NCBI GenBank assembly: GCA_963718895.1
Contig: CAVRAG010000007.1
Location: forward strand, 192,001 to 256,000
From: an uncultured Nitrososphaerota archaeon
GTDB lineage: Archaea > Thermoproteota > Nitrososphaeria > Nitrososphaerales > Gagatemarchaeaceae
Direction: 5' to 3'
DNA: 64,000 nt
The notes below the pieces were generated by a model. It saw nothing but the letters and a program-made list of their open reading frames with translations, made no database searches and had not been told where the DNA came from. The translations under genes and the position numbers were made by a program. Numbering within the stretch: the stretch's first letter is position 1; each line of letters opens with the position of its first letter. Of this stretch, positions 22,144 through 32,539 are shown piece after piece.

Positions 22144-23585
22144 CGCTTCATCTCCTTCTTGGTCTTGAGGTTCGGAGTGATCCCGAGCTTCGAGTAGTCC
22201 CCGTTGATGCATGCGAAGCAGAGGCTCGACTGCGGGAGCCCTATCGCCTCGGCTGAGCCCCTCGATGTCGTTGTAGTGGAACTCCTCCACTCCTATGGCC
22301 CTCGCCCACCTTGTTGCCCATCGTCGCGATGCTGCGGTCGCCGTTCGCGACCTGGTGTGCGAGGAGCTCCTCCCTGCTCGGGAAGTCGACGCCCATGTAG
22401 CACGGGTAGGCATATCGGCGGGAAGGTTACGACCATCTTGACGCGTCTTCGCGCCGGCCTTCTTGAGCGAGTCGACGATTATCTTCGGAGCTCGTCCCCC
22501 TCACGACGCTGTCGTCGACCACTATCACGTCCTTCCCCTCGATCGCCTCGCTTGATCGGGATGATCCTCTTGACGACCTCCTCCCGCCCGCTCTGCCTGG
22601 GCTCGATGAAGCTCCTCATGCTGCCCTTCCTGCGGTACCGGTCCTTCATCAGCCCCTCGTCCATCGGGATCCCGCTCTCGACCGAGTAGCCGAGCGCGGC
22701 GGGGCTCGCCGAGTCTGGGACGGGTATGACGACGTTCCCCTTCATCTTGTACTTCCTGGCGAGGATCTTGCCGACCTTCTTCCTCGCCTCGTAGACGCTG
22801 ACGCCGTTCACCCTGGACGAGGGATGGGCGAAGTAGGTGTACTCGAAGGAGCAGTAGGCGCTCTCTGACCTTGGGCGCGAACCGGAACGACTCGAGCCCT
22901 CTCTTGGGCCCGCCCAGCCTGACCATCTCTCCCGGCTCGATGTCCCGGACGAACTCGGCGTCGACGGCGGTGAGGGCGCAGCTCTCCGAGGCGGCGACGT
23001 AGGTGCGGGACTTCTGGTGGTAGCCCGAGGCAGAGCGGCCTGTAGCCCCGCGGGTCCCTCACCGCGAAGACCTCGCCCCGCTTGTTGAGTATGGCGAACG
23101 AGTAGGCCCCTATCAGCTCCTTGGCGAGCCGCTCGAAGGCCCAGAACCAGTCGTTCTCCTCCTTCAGGATCTGGAGGAGCCTGTACCCGGCCGCCTTGGT
23201 GTCGGTGCCGCACTTGCCCTTGTAGGTCGACGAGACGGCCTGCTGCGAGCTGCTCGGCGTTGACGATGGTCCCGTTGTGGGCGATGCAGAACTCCGTCCC
23301 GATCTGGACCGGCTGGGCGTTGTCGAGGTTCGACCGGCCCTTCGTGGAGTAGCGGACGTGCCCTATCCCGGCGGCGCCCTTGTATCCGGAGAGCTCCTGG
23401 GCGTAGTTGACCAGTTGAACGCGAGGCCCATCCTCTTGAAGACGGGCTTGCCGGGCACCGCTATGCCCCAGGACTCCTGCCCCCTGTGCTGCAGCGCCTC
23501 CAGGCCCTTCAGGAGCTTCGGGACGACGTCGACGCCCTTGGTGGAGTAGGCGCCCACGACGCCGCACAGCCTCCCTGGCGCCCAT
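22140..23585 (-). CDS. purF: Amidophosphoribosyltransferase (many frameshifts)
   Basis: N-terminal CGVVG, LQHRGQES, GHVRYST, AHNG, CSFEYTYFAHP, PVPDS, VDDS. Confidence 0.9.
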
Positions 23586-25785
23586 CAGTCCATCAACCTC
23601 CGGATGGTGCCTTCGTAGCTCCTGCGGAGGGCGGCGATCTCCAGGTCGGCGACCGGCTTCGCGCCCCAGTCGAGCCTCAAGGCGTCGCCTCCGACTCGTC
23701 CCACCAGGCCGTGCGGAAGCCTGCGCCTCGGTCAGCCGCCGCGACACGGCCCCGGGATCCTCGGCCGTCAGGACGAACGGCCGTGCGACTCTGAGAAGAG
23801 ACGGTCGGACGGTCTGGTCGATGAGGATGGCACGCTCTTCAGGTCGATCTTGGCTCCCCGGCCCCCTGCGATGGACATCTCGGCCAGGGCGACTGCGAGG
23901 CCCCCCTTCGAGCAGTCGTGCACCGCCCCTGCGGCGCCGGAACGGATCAGCCCGATGATTGTGCGGTTGAGAACTTTGTCAGAGGAGGGCGACGCTTTCG
24001 GCACAGCGCCGACGTCTAGCCTGCCCAGCAGACGATGGTACTCGGAGCCCCCGAGCTCCGCTCTCGTGCGCCCCACCACAATCACGGAGTCTCCCTCTCC
24101 CCTGAACGCCATGGAGACGAGGTGCCTCTTATCCCTGACCAGACCGACGACCAGGGCTATCGGAGACGGCTTGATCGCCACCCTGGACGTCGAGTCCTCG
24201 TTGTAGAAGCTAACCTTCCCGCCCACGACCGGGAGCCCGACGGCCGTGCAGTAGTCTGCCATCCCCCGAATCGACTCGCGGAACGACCAGTAGACCTCGG
24301 GGTCGGAGGGGTCTCCGAACTGGAGGTGGTCGACCAGCGCGATCGGCTCCGCCCCCACAGCCACCACGTTCCTGCAGGCCTCCGCGACGCACCCCGCGGC
24401 CCCGTTGTACGGGTCGAGGGACGAGTGCGCGCTGTTCCCGTCGCCCTTGACCGCGAGCAGGCTCCCGTTGGGGAGCCTCATCAGGGCGGCGTCCGCCTGA
24501 CCCGGCTTGAGCACCGTCCTGACCCCGACCTCGTGGTCATACTGCTGGTAGACCCACCTCTTGCTCGCGATGTTCGGCGAGGCGAGCAGCGAGACGATGG
24601 AGCGGCCGATCTCAGGCGTGGGAAGGGTCACCCTCGTCCGGCGAGCCTTGTTGGAGGGCTTCCTGCTGGGCCAGGGGATGAGCGGCGCCTTGACCACGAA
24701 CTGGGCCGGGAGGTCTGCGACCACCTTCCCCTTCCACCTCAGCGTGAGGTTGCCGTCGTCGGTGACTCGTCCTATGACTGAGAACGGGACCTCGTACTTG
24801 CGGAGGATCTCGAGTACTCGGCTCCGAGGATCCGGGCGAGAGGACCAGGAGCATCCTCTCCTGTGACTCTGATATCATTATCTCCGTGGGCGACATGTCG
24901 TCCTCGCGGCAGTTCACCTTGCTGAGCTCGACGTCCACGCCCGTCCCACCGCTGGACGCGACCTCGGAGAGCGCCGTCGAGAGGCCCCCGCCCCCCAGGT
25001 CCTTCATCCCTCTGATCGTCCTCGTGCTCGACGGCCTCGAGCAGGGAGTCGAGCAGGAGCTTCTTCATGAACGGGTCGGGGACCTGCACGGAGGACCGGT
25101 CCTCCTCTGCGTCGTCCGAGAGGTTCTTCGAGGCGAACGTCGCGCCCTTGATCCCGTCCCTCCCCGTGCTCCCTCCGATCAGGACGAGGACGTCTCCCGG
25201 GGTCTTCGCCTCCCCGAGGATCAGGTCATCCTTCCTGCCCACGCCCGACGCACGCCACGTCGACGAGGCAGTTCCTCTCGAAGCTCTCGTCGAACTCGAT
25301 ATCGCCCGCCACGGTCGGGACCCCGGTGCAGTTGCCGTAGTCGGCGATGCCTCGGACGACGTTCCTGAAGAGCCATCGCGAGTGGCGCGCTCTTGTCTAT
25401 CCTTCCGAACCGGAGCATGTCCACCAGGGCGATGGGCCTGCGTCCCCATCGAGAGGATGTCCCGGAGCACACCGCCGATCCCTGTCGAGGCTCCTCCGTA
25501 GGGGTCAACGGCCGAGGGGTGGTTGTGGCTCTCGATGTGCAGGGTCACGACGTAGCCGTCGCCGACGTCGACCACGCCCGCGTCGTACCCCGGCCCGAGC
25601 ACGACCCTCTTCCCCTTGGTGGGGAAGAGCCTCAGGAGTGCCTTCGAGGACTTGTAGCTGCTGTGCTCAGACCATTCGGCGTCGATAATCGACCACTCGA
25701 TCTCGTTTGGTTCCCTGCCGAGGCCCCGTCGCACGGTCGCTATCTCGCTGGGGGTCAGGCCTAGCTGGAGTGCCTCGAGGCTCAT
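23585..25785 (-). CDS. purL: FGAM synthase II, large subunit (frameshifted)
   Basis: [62 protein letters not shown]. Confidence 0.93.
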
Positions 25786-25786
25786 C

Positions 25787-26487
25787 TCACGTGGCCCTCT
25801 CGAGGAGCGATGCGAAGATCAGGCGTCCGTCGGCCGAGCCCGAGGGACTGAGAAGCGGGTCGGATGCCGCGTCTCGGGGTGGGGCATGAGGCCGACCACG
25901 TTCCCCTGTTCGTTTGAGACTCCGGCGATGTTCCGCGAGGTGCCCGTCGGGTTCGCGCCCTCGAGGACCGCCCCCTTTTCGTCTGTGTATCTGAAGACAA
26001 TCCTCTTGTTCCTCTCGAGCTCCTTCATCACGTGCTCCGGCGCGTAGTATCTCCCCTCCCCGTGCGCTATCGGCATCCGAAGTACCTGGCCTTCGCGGGC
26101 CAGGAGGGTGAACGGGGTCCTTCGGGAGCTCGACCCTTACGTTCACCCAGTCGCAGACGAACTTCAGCGAGGAGTTGCGGAGGAGCGCGCCGGGCAGGAG
26201 GCCGGCCTCCACGAGTATCTGGAAGCCGTTGCAGATGCCGAGGATGGGCGTGCCGCGCTCGGCCATCTTCTTGACCTCTGACATCGCCGGGCTGCGGGCC
26301 GCGATAGCGCCCGCCCTGAGGTAGTCTCCGAACGAGAAGCCGCCAGGGAGCACGACGGCGTCGTAGCCGCCCAGCCGGTCGCTTTCGTGCCAGACCAGTT
26401 CCGGGGAAAGCCCCGGATCTCCCTCATCGAGGCGACGGCATCGAGGTCGCAGTTGGACCCCGGGAACCGTACGACGGCGACCCTCAT
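25787..26487 (-). CDS. purQ: FGAM synthase I, glutaminase subunit (frameshifted)
   Basis: [41 protein letters not shown]. Confidence 0.93.
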
Positions 26488-26762
26488 GCAGATTGTCGCC
26501 CCGCTTCCACGAGGAGGGAGTGAGCGGCAGGGTTGTATATCCTGAGATCGTCGCACATCTTCCTAACCAGCGCCTCAGCAGTCTTCCTGTCCAGGGCCTC
26601 GACATCGATCCTGAGGGACTTGCCGGCGCGGATGCTCTTCACGTCTCCAAAGCCCGACCTGTGGACAAGGTCTCGGAGTATGGTCTCGCCTTCGGGGTCA
26701 CGCGCCCCTTCCTTGTTGGAGATAACCACGCTCACGTGAAAGATGCGCTTCTTGGTCGTGAT
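26484..26762 (-). CDS. purS: FGAM synthase small subunit (start uncertain)
   Basis: K...[20 protein letters not shown]; lies directly upstream of purQ. Confidence 0.85.
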   Translation of the reverse strand: MTTKKRIFHVSVVISNKEGARDPEGETILRDLVHRSGFGDVKSIRAGKSLRIDVEALDRKTAEALVRKMCDDLRIYNPAAHSLLVEAGRQSA

Positions 26763-26870
26763 TGGTGATAAAATTCCTCTCTATTTAAGTGACTTTTATC
26801 TCGGGAGTGTTAAACGCGCCAGGCGCACGTCAAAACTGACAATAACAAGTCACGCCGCCCGCATCCCGTC

Positions 26871-28479
26871 ATGGACGATAATCTTGTAGAGGTGAAGACG
26901 GCCCTGATCAGCGTCGCGGACAAGACGGGGTTGGTCGATTTCGCGCGTGAGCTGACGGCCTTCAAGGTCACTCTGCTCGCCACCGGCGGGACCCACTCGG
27001 CGTTGAAGGAAGCAGGGCTGCCCGTACGGAGCCTCCAGGAGGACATGAACCTGCCCCAGGCTCTCTCCGGCAGGGTGAAGACCCTGCACTCGCCGCTCTT
27101 CGGCGCCATCCTCGCCAAGAGGACCCCCGAGCACCTCGCCGAACTCCGGGCGATGAAGGTCGACCCCATCGACTTGGTCGTCGTCAACTTCTATCCCTTC
27201 GAGAGGGTCGTCAGGGACAGGAGCGCGGACGAGGAGAAGGTCATAGAGAACATCGACATCGGAGGTCCTTCGATGGTCAGGGCCTCCTCGAAGAACTTCA
27301 GGTACGTGACGGTCGTGCCTTCTCCCGCGCTCTACGGATACGTGGTCGAGGAGCTGCGGGCGAACTCGGGGCGGACGACCCTCGCGGCGAGGAGGCGCCT
27401 CGCCCTCGAGGCGTTCTCCATAACCGCGTCCTATGACGCGGCGATTTACAACGGACTCTGGAGGAGGCTGCAGGCCGATGCAGGGCTCCCCGGGAGATAC
27501 CTCCTCTCCGCCTCCAAGTTTCAGGATGCGAGGTACGGGGAGAACCCCGACCAGCGGGCGACGATCTACTCCATCGACGGTGCCCGCGGCATGACGGGAT
27601 GGAAGCAGCTCGCCGGCGAGACGCTCTCTTTCAACAACTACCTCGACATCGGGTCCGCCTACGACATCCTGACGGGGTTCGAGGGGGTCCCGGCAGCGGC
27701 CACGGTCAAGCACGGCAACATCAGCGGCTTCGCTTTCGCCCCGACCGTCTCGGAGGCCTACTCGCTCGCCCACTCGTGCGACCCGGAGGCCGACTTCGGG
27801 GGGACGGTGGTCCTGAACAGGGAGGTCGACCTCGAATGCCGCGACGCTGATCGGGAAGAACGAGGGGTTCAAGGACACGTCCGTGTACACCGAGATTCTG
27901 ATCGCGCCTAAGTTCGGAGAGGAGGCTCTCGAGCGCCTAAGGTCGAAACAGAAGAAGAAGATCAGGATAATCCAGAGCACGACGGGCACGGACTATCCCT
28001 ACGACCTGAAGCTGCTGGAGGGGGCCGTGCTCCTGCAGGAGTCCGTAGACTATCGGGACAAGCTCGATGAGAGCAAGCTCACATTCCCGACGAAGGCTCA
28101 GCCCGAGGAGGCGGTGAGAGCGAAACTCCTCGCGGCCTGGGAGGTCGTAAGGAGGGTCCCCTCCAACGGCATCGTCATCGCCGATGGGAGGTACGACAAC
28201 GGCCTCACGCACTTCTGGACGCTCGGGGTCGCGAGCTTCCGGAAGAGGAACGGGGCCGTGCGGATAGCCCTGGAGAACGCCGGTGAAAGGGCGAGAGGGG
28301 CGGTCTGCGCCTCGGACGGGTTCTTCCCGTTCAGGGACAACATAGACCTGCTGGGGAAGGCGGGGGTCAGGTCCGTGGTGCAGCCAGGCGGTTCAGTCAG
28401 CGACCCTGAGGTCATAGCGGCCGCCGACGAATTCGGGATTAGCATGGGGCTCACCCACGTCCGGGCGTTCAAACACTGA
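26871..28479 (+). CDS. purH: Bifunctional AICAR transformylase / IMP cyclohydrolase (frameshift near 27840)
   Basis: ALISVADKTG, TGGT, GRVKTLH, ENIDIGGP, RYGENP, NNYLD, VKH, ASDGFFPF, QPGGS, R.F.H end. Confidence 0.92.
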
Positions 28480-28510
28480 CGCGGCCGTCGCGCCCGGGAA
28501 CACGGCCGCG

Positions 28511-29914
28511 TCACCCGCGTTCGGCATGCCTGAGCTCGTCCATGTGCTCGGCACTCTTCTTGAGGTCGCGGGGGCTCGCTATGTCTCGTCGGCAGCGGAT
28601 CGGCCCTCTGAGGGCGTCGACCCCCGCGACCGAGATTACCCTGGCCTCTTCCACAGATGCCCGAGTCCCCACGACTGCGACGGACCGCGAGCCCCCAAGG
28701 TAGGTGGACGTCCCCTCGACCCTGACGTCCATCGGGTATATCCGCAACCCATCGGTCCCACGCTGGAGGGCGTAGGAGCCGGTCAGGTCAATCCGCTCCT
28801 TCTCCAGAGGGACCGTCTCCGGAATCCCGTAGCCCCTCGGGACAGCGCACGTCACGACCGAGGCCCTCTTCGAGAACCTTATGCCCTTGAGCGAACCCTC
28901 GAGCATCTTGAAGCAGACTTCAACGAAATCGTCCTCGATCGTCGTCAGGACGCTGATCTGCTCGGTGTTGCCTCCCCTGCTGTTCCTCTCCAGCACCTTG
29001 AATCCGTCGCCGGTATGCATGAGCGCGTCGTACAGCACGATGCCACGGAGGCCTGGCTCCGACCCCCTCCCTCTCCACCGCGCGAACGCTCGCGCCTCAG
29101 AAGAGACGACGTGGTCCCACTCCGATGCCCTGAGGAATGGCAGATGGGCTTCGGTACCTCTGTAGCTTCCCATTCCTCCGGTGAGCCGCCCGTGGTCGCC
29201 CTCGAGAGCACGTTTGTAGTCCCTCGTCTGCGGTGCCACGATGAAGTGTCTGCCGTCGCTGAACGCCTGGAAGCTCGACTCCTCGCCCTCGACCTTCTCC
29301 TCCACGACCACCCTGCCTTTCGCAAGCACGTTGCGGAAGAATGCGACCATCCCCTTCTCTGTGGTGAAGTCCTTACCCCAGACCCCTACCCCGGCTCCGC
29401 GGGCGGGAGCGTCAGGCTTGACGACCGGCTCGGCGATCTCTGATGCGAACTTCTTGAACCGGGCAACAGCCGCGCCCTCGCTCCGAAAGGCCTTCAAGTC
29501 AAAGACCGCGTAGCGCGGGTTCGCGTCCTCGAAGGTGTCGTCGAAGAGCAGCCGCTGGTCGGCCTTGCTGCGCTCCACCGCATGTCTCCGGTCGACGCAG
29601 AGCATCGGGACGCCGCTGTCGTGCTCCACGATGTCTCGACCTCCGGCCGTGATGAAGTCCTCCGTATCCGTCAGACCGAAGCTGATCCTGCTCCTGTGCC
29701 TCCGGGCGAAGGCAGCGACCTCGAGTACATCGAGGTCCGGAATCGTCTGATGGACCTTCGCTCTCTCCAGGTCGTACGGGTTGGCCTGGCGTTCGGCCAC
29801 GAAGAACTCGGGACGGTAGTTCGAGCTCCGCGCCAGGGCATCGATCATCGCCGCGGCGCTCAGGCACTTTGAGACGATCAGTATGCCAACCCGGTCCATC
29901 GATGACGCCACCAA
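28511..29914 (-). CDS. purD: Phosphoribosylamine-glycine ligase (archaeal type)
   Basis: ATP-grasp fold: ERSK, VVKPD...G.GV, VEEKVEGEESS, DYKRALEGD.G..TGGMGS; located in the pur cluster. Confidence 0.85.
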   Translation of the reverse strand: MVASSMDRVGILIVSKCLSAAAMIDALARSSNYRPEFFVAERQANPYDLERAKVHQTIPDLDVLEVAAFARRHRSRISFGLTDTEDFITAGGRDIVEHDSGVPMLCVDRRHAVERSKADQRLLFDDTFEDANPRYAVFDLKAFRSEGAAVARFKKFASEIAEPVVKPDAPARGAGVGVWGKDFTTEKGMVAFFRNVLAKGRVVVEEKVEGEESSFQAFSDGRHFIVAPQTRDYKRALEGDHGRLTGGMGSYRGTEAHLPFLRASEWDHVVSSEARAFARWRGRGSEPGLRGIVLYDALMHTGDGFKVLERNSRGGNTEQISVLTTIEDDFVEVCFKMLEGSLKGIRFSKRASVVTCAVPRGYGIPETVPLEKERIDLTGSYALQRGTDGLRIYPMDVRVEGTSTYLGGSRSVAVVGTRASVEEARVISVAGVDALRGPIRCRRDIASPRDLKKSAEHMDELRHAERG

Positions 29915-30044
29915 TCCCGGGGTGGAGACCTAAAAACGATTGGAGTGTGCGGTCTGGTGGAACTTCCCAGCGGCCTTCCGATGGAAAAGACCGGTACGAG
30001 CCGGGCCGCTAGCTCGCAGCCTCGACGGGCCGGTCGCCCGTGGG

Positions 30045-31674
30045 TCACGCAACCGAGGGCTCGGCGCCCCCTTCAAGACTCAGTAGTTTCTGGTAGGCCG
30101 GGATGGTCAGGAACTCCGGAAACTCCTGGGCCTCCACCAGAGACTCGAGGAGATCTGCGGCGAGCGTGACCATGCTGGAAGGGTCCTCGTCCCCGTTCTT
30201 CGTTGAGAGTCGCGAGACCTCCTCGGCTATCACGGCCTTCACCATCTCAAGGGTAACCCTCCTTCCGTCTGCGAGGTAGGCGCCGTGCCTTATCCACTGC
30301 CAGAGCTGGGATCTGGAGATCTCGGCCGTTGCCGCGTCCTCCATCAGGTTGTTGATCGGGACGCATCCTCTTCCAGAGAGCCATGATCCGAGATACTGGA
30401 GCGCCACGCTGACGTCGGCTCTGACGCCTGACTCCGTTATCTCGCCCTGGGGGACGCGGAGCAGGTCGGCCGCCGTGACGCGCACCTCCTGGCGAAGGAC
30501 CTCGAGCTGGTTCGGACCCGTCGTCCCCGAATCGAAGACCTCCTTGGCGAGCTGCACGAGCCCGGGATGCGCCACCCAGGTGCCGTCGTGCCCGAGCCTC
30601 ACCTCGCGTTCCTTGTCAGCCCTCACCTTCTGGAACGCCGTATCGTTCGCCTGCTCGTCGCCGCGCACGGGGATGTAGGCCGACATTCCCCCGATGGCGT
30701 AGGCGCCCCGGCTGTGGCAGGTCTTGATCAGCAGGTCGACGTAGGCGGCGAGGAAGGCCTTGTCCATGGTCACCTGCGACCTGTCAGGGAGGATGAACTG
30801 GGGATGGTTCCTCAGTTTCTTGATGTAGCTGAAGATGAAGTCCCACCTTCCGCAGTTGAGGCCGACGATGTGGTCGCGGAGGGAGTAGAGTATCTCCTCC
30901 ATCTCGAACGCGGCAGGGAGCGTCTCGATGAGAGCCGTCGCCCTGATCGACCCGGGCGGGTATCACGAGGTACTCCTCAGCCCGGACGAAGAGACGGTTC
31001 CAGAAGCGCGCCTCCAGGCCGCTCTCTATCTTCGGGATGTAGATGTAGGGGTTGGAGTATTTCTGCCTCAGAGCGCGGGCGTTGTGGTGCACGAAGAGGC
31101 CGAAATCGAAGAGAGACGCCGAGACAGGCTCTCCATCGACCCGGACGTGTTCTTCGAGGAGGTGCAGGCCGCGGGGTCGGACAATCAGGGTCGCGACCTT
31201 CTCGTTCAGTCGATAGGCCTTCCCTTCCTGGGACTCGAAGGTGATTGACCCGTTCACTGCGTCCCTGAGGTTGATCTGACCCTGAATGACCTCTTTCCAG
31301 GTCGGCGAGAGGGAGTCCTCGAAGTCTGCCATGTAGACGTCTGCCCCCGAGTTGAGCGCGTTGACCACCATCTTCCTGTCGCCGGCCGGCCCGGTAATCT
31401 CCACCTTCCTCCGAACGAGGTCGGGTGGGGGTCCGGCGACCGACCACCGGACCGCCGAGAGCGATTCACGTCCCGGGGGGAAGCTCGGGAGGATCCCCGA
31501 GTCGAACTGTTTCTGCCTCTCCGCGCGCCTCTGCAAGAGCATCTTCCGAGTGTCCGAGAGCTCCTTTTGTAGAACCTTGACGAACCTGAGGGCCTCTGGA
31601 GTCAGGATCTCCGAGGACCTGTCACTCCCGGGGGCGAGTATCTCAATCCCGTCAGGTAGCTTCTGCGACTCCAT
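30045..31674 (-). CDS. aceB: Malate synthase A (frameshift near 30950)
   Basis: RKVEITGP, MADFEDS, RPRGLHL, PKIES, GLNCGRWD, GGMSA, GHDGTWVAHP, LMEDAATAEISR. Confidence 0.93.
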
Positions 31675-31741
31675 CTGCGACGGTCCGGTTTCGGCTCCGG
31701 ATATAAAAATCGTTGAGGTGGCCTGCCGAATCCAAGGGCGC

Positions 31742-32470
31742 CTAGTATCCGCTCTTCATCAGCCCGGCGTAGTCGAAGACCATCACTCCGTCGCCGTTCT
31801 GAAGTGCGTACTGGTACTGCTGCTCGTAGTCCGACCGGTTCGTGGTCGCGAACACGCCGACGCTCCCCAAGACTCCGGGATGGATGTAGGTCTGGTCTTG
31901 GACACCGTATGTCTCGAGCACGAGCATGTCCGGCTTGAGGGGCAGGGTGAAGTCGGTAGTCGTAATCGCGATCTTCCCCGTCTGGAAGCCCTGGCCGACC
32001 GCCGAGAATATCGCGGTCTGTGCGGAGAGCGAGAGGGAGGACATGTCCAGGCTTATCCCGTCTTCCCCGAGCGGGAAGACAGATGAAGGGAGGGGCTGAG
32101 AAGAGTTCGTGAAGTAGAGCGCGAAGAAGATCTTCATCCCCTCACCATGCGCCTCGGCGACGAACGAGCTCAGCTGTCCAGGCTGGAAGAGCAGGGAACC
32201 CTCCCTGTAGACCTGGAAGAAGATCGTGTTGAACCCCCGCGACTCCGAGAACGAGAGCATCGAGCCGAAGTTCGTCTCGTTTACGGCGCCGTTCCCTTGG
32301 TTGACGTAGAGGATTATGGGCTTGGCCGAGGAGTCGGTCTTGCCGGAGGAGCCCGGTCGGAGGAGAAGCGCTCCCGCGACGACTAGAATCACGATGACGA
32401 CGGCGACCGGAGCGTAGAGGCGGAGGCTGGTCTGCCGGGACTTCCTCCCTCTCCTGCCGCGGGTGCTAAA
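31742..32470 (-). CDS. Membrane-anchored hypothetical protein with glycoside-hydrolase-like (beta/alpha) motifs
   Basis: The same frame extends upstream to RGRRGRKSRQTSLRLYAPVAVVIVILVVAGALLL; contains GFNTIFFQVY, AHGEGMKIF, DGISLD, DGVMVFDY. Start codon not resolved. Confidence 0.55.
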   Translation of the reverse strand, partial: FSTRGRRGRKSRQTSLRLYAPVAVVIVILVVAGALLLRPGSSGKTDSSAKPIILYVNQGNGAVNETNFGSMLSFSESRGFNTIFFQVYREGSLLFQPGQLSSFVAEAHGEGMKIFFALYFTNSSQPLPSSVFPLGEDGISLDMSSLSLSAQTAIFSAVGQGFQTGKIAITTTDFTLPLKPDMLVLETYGVQDQTYIHPGVLGSVGVFATTNRSDYEQQYQYALQNGDGVMVFDYAGLMKSGY

Positions 32471-32539
32471 GGCCGGCCGCCTCCGGGGATCCCGGTCCGG
32501 GTGGCGTGCCTGGCGAGGTACCGGCCCTCCTCGACCGGA

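Noticed and set aside
26790-26870. ZMP/ZTP riboswitch upstream of purH
   Set aside because: The conserved GACUGGCG and CGCCUGGGC elements are absent and the leader is short.
17726-28479. Programmed frameshifting or pseudogenisation of pur genes
   Set aside because: There are too many irregular shifts, no consistent slippery sites, and motifs are intact; sequencing error is more parsimonious.
29940-30045. Cobalamin-riboswitch-like words (GCCGCTGGGAAG) upstream of purD
   Set aside because: Only a fragmentary resemblance, and it lies upstream of the purD TATA box; no full fold is supportable.
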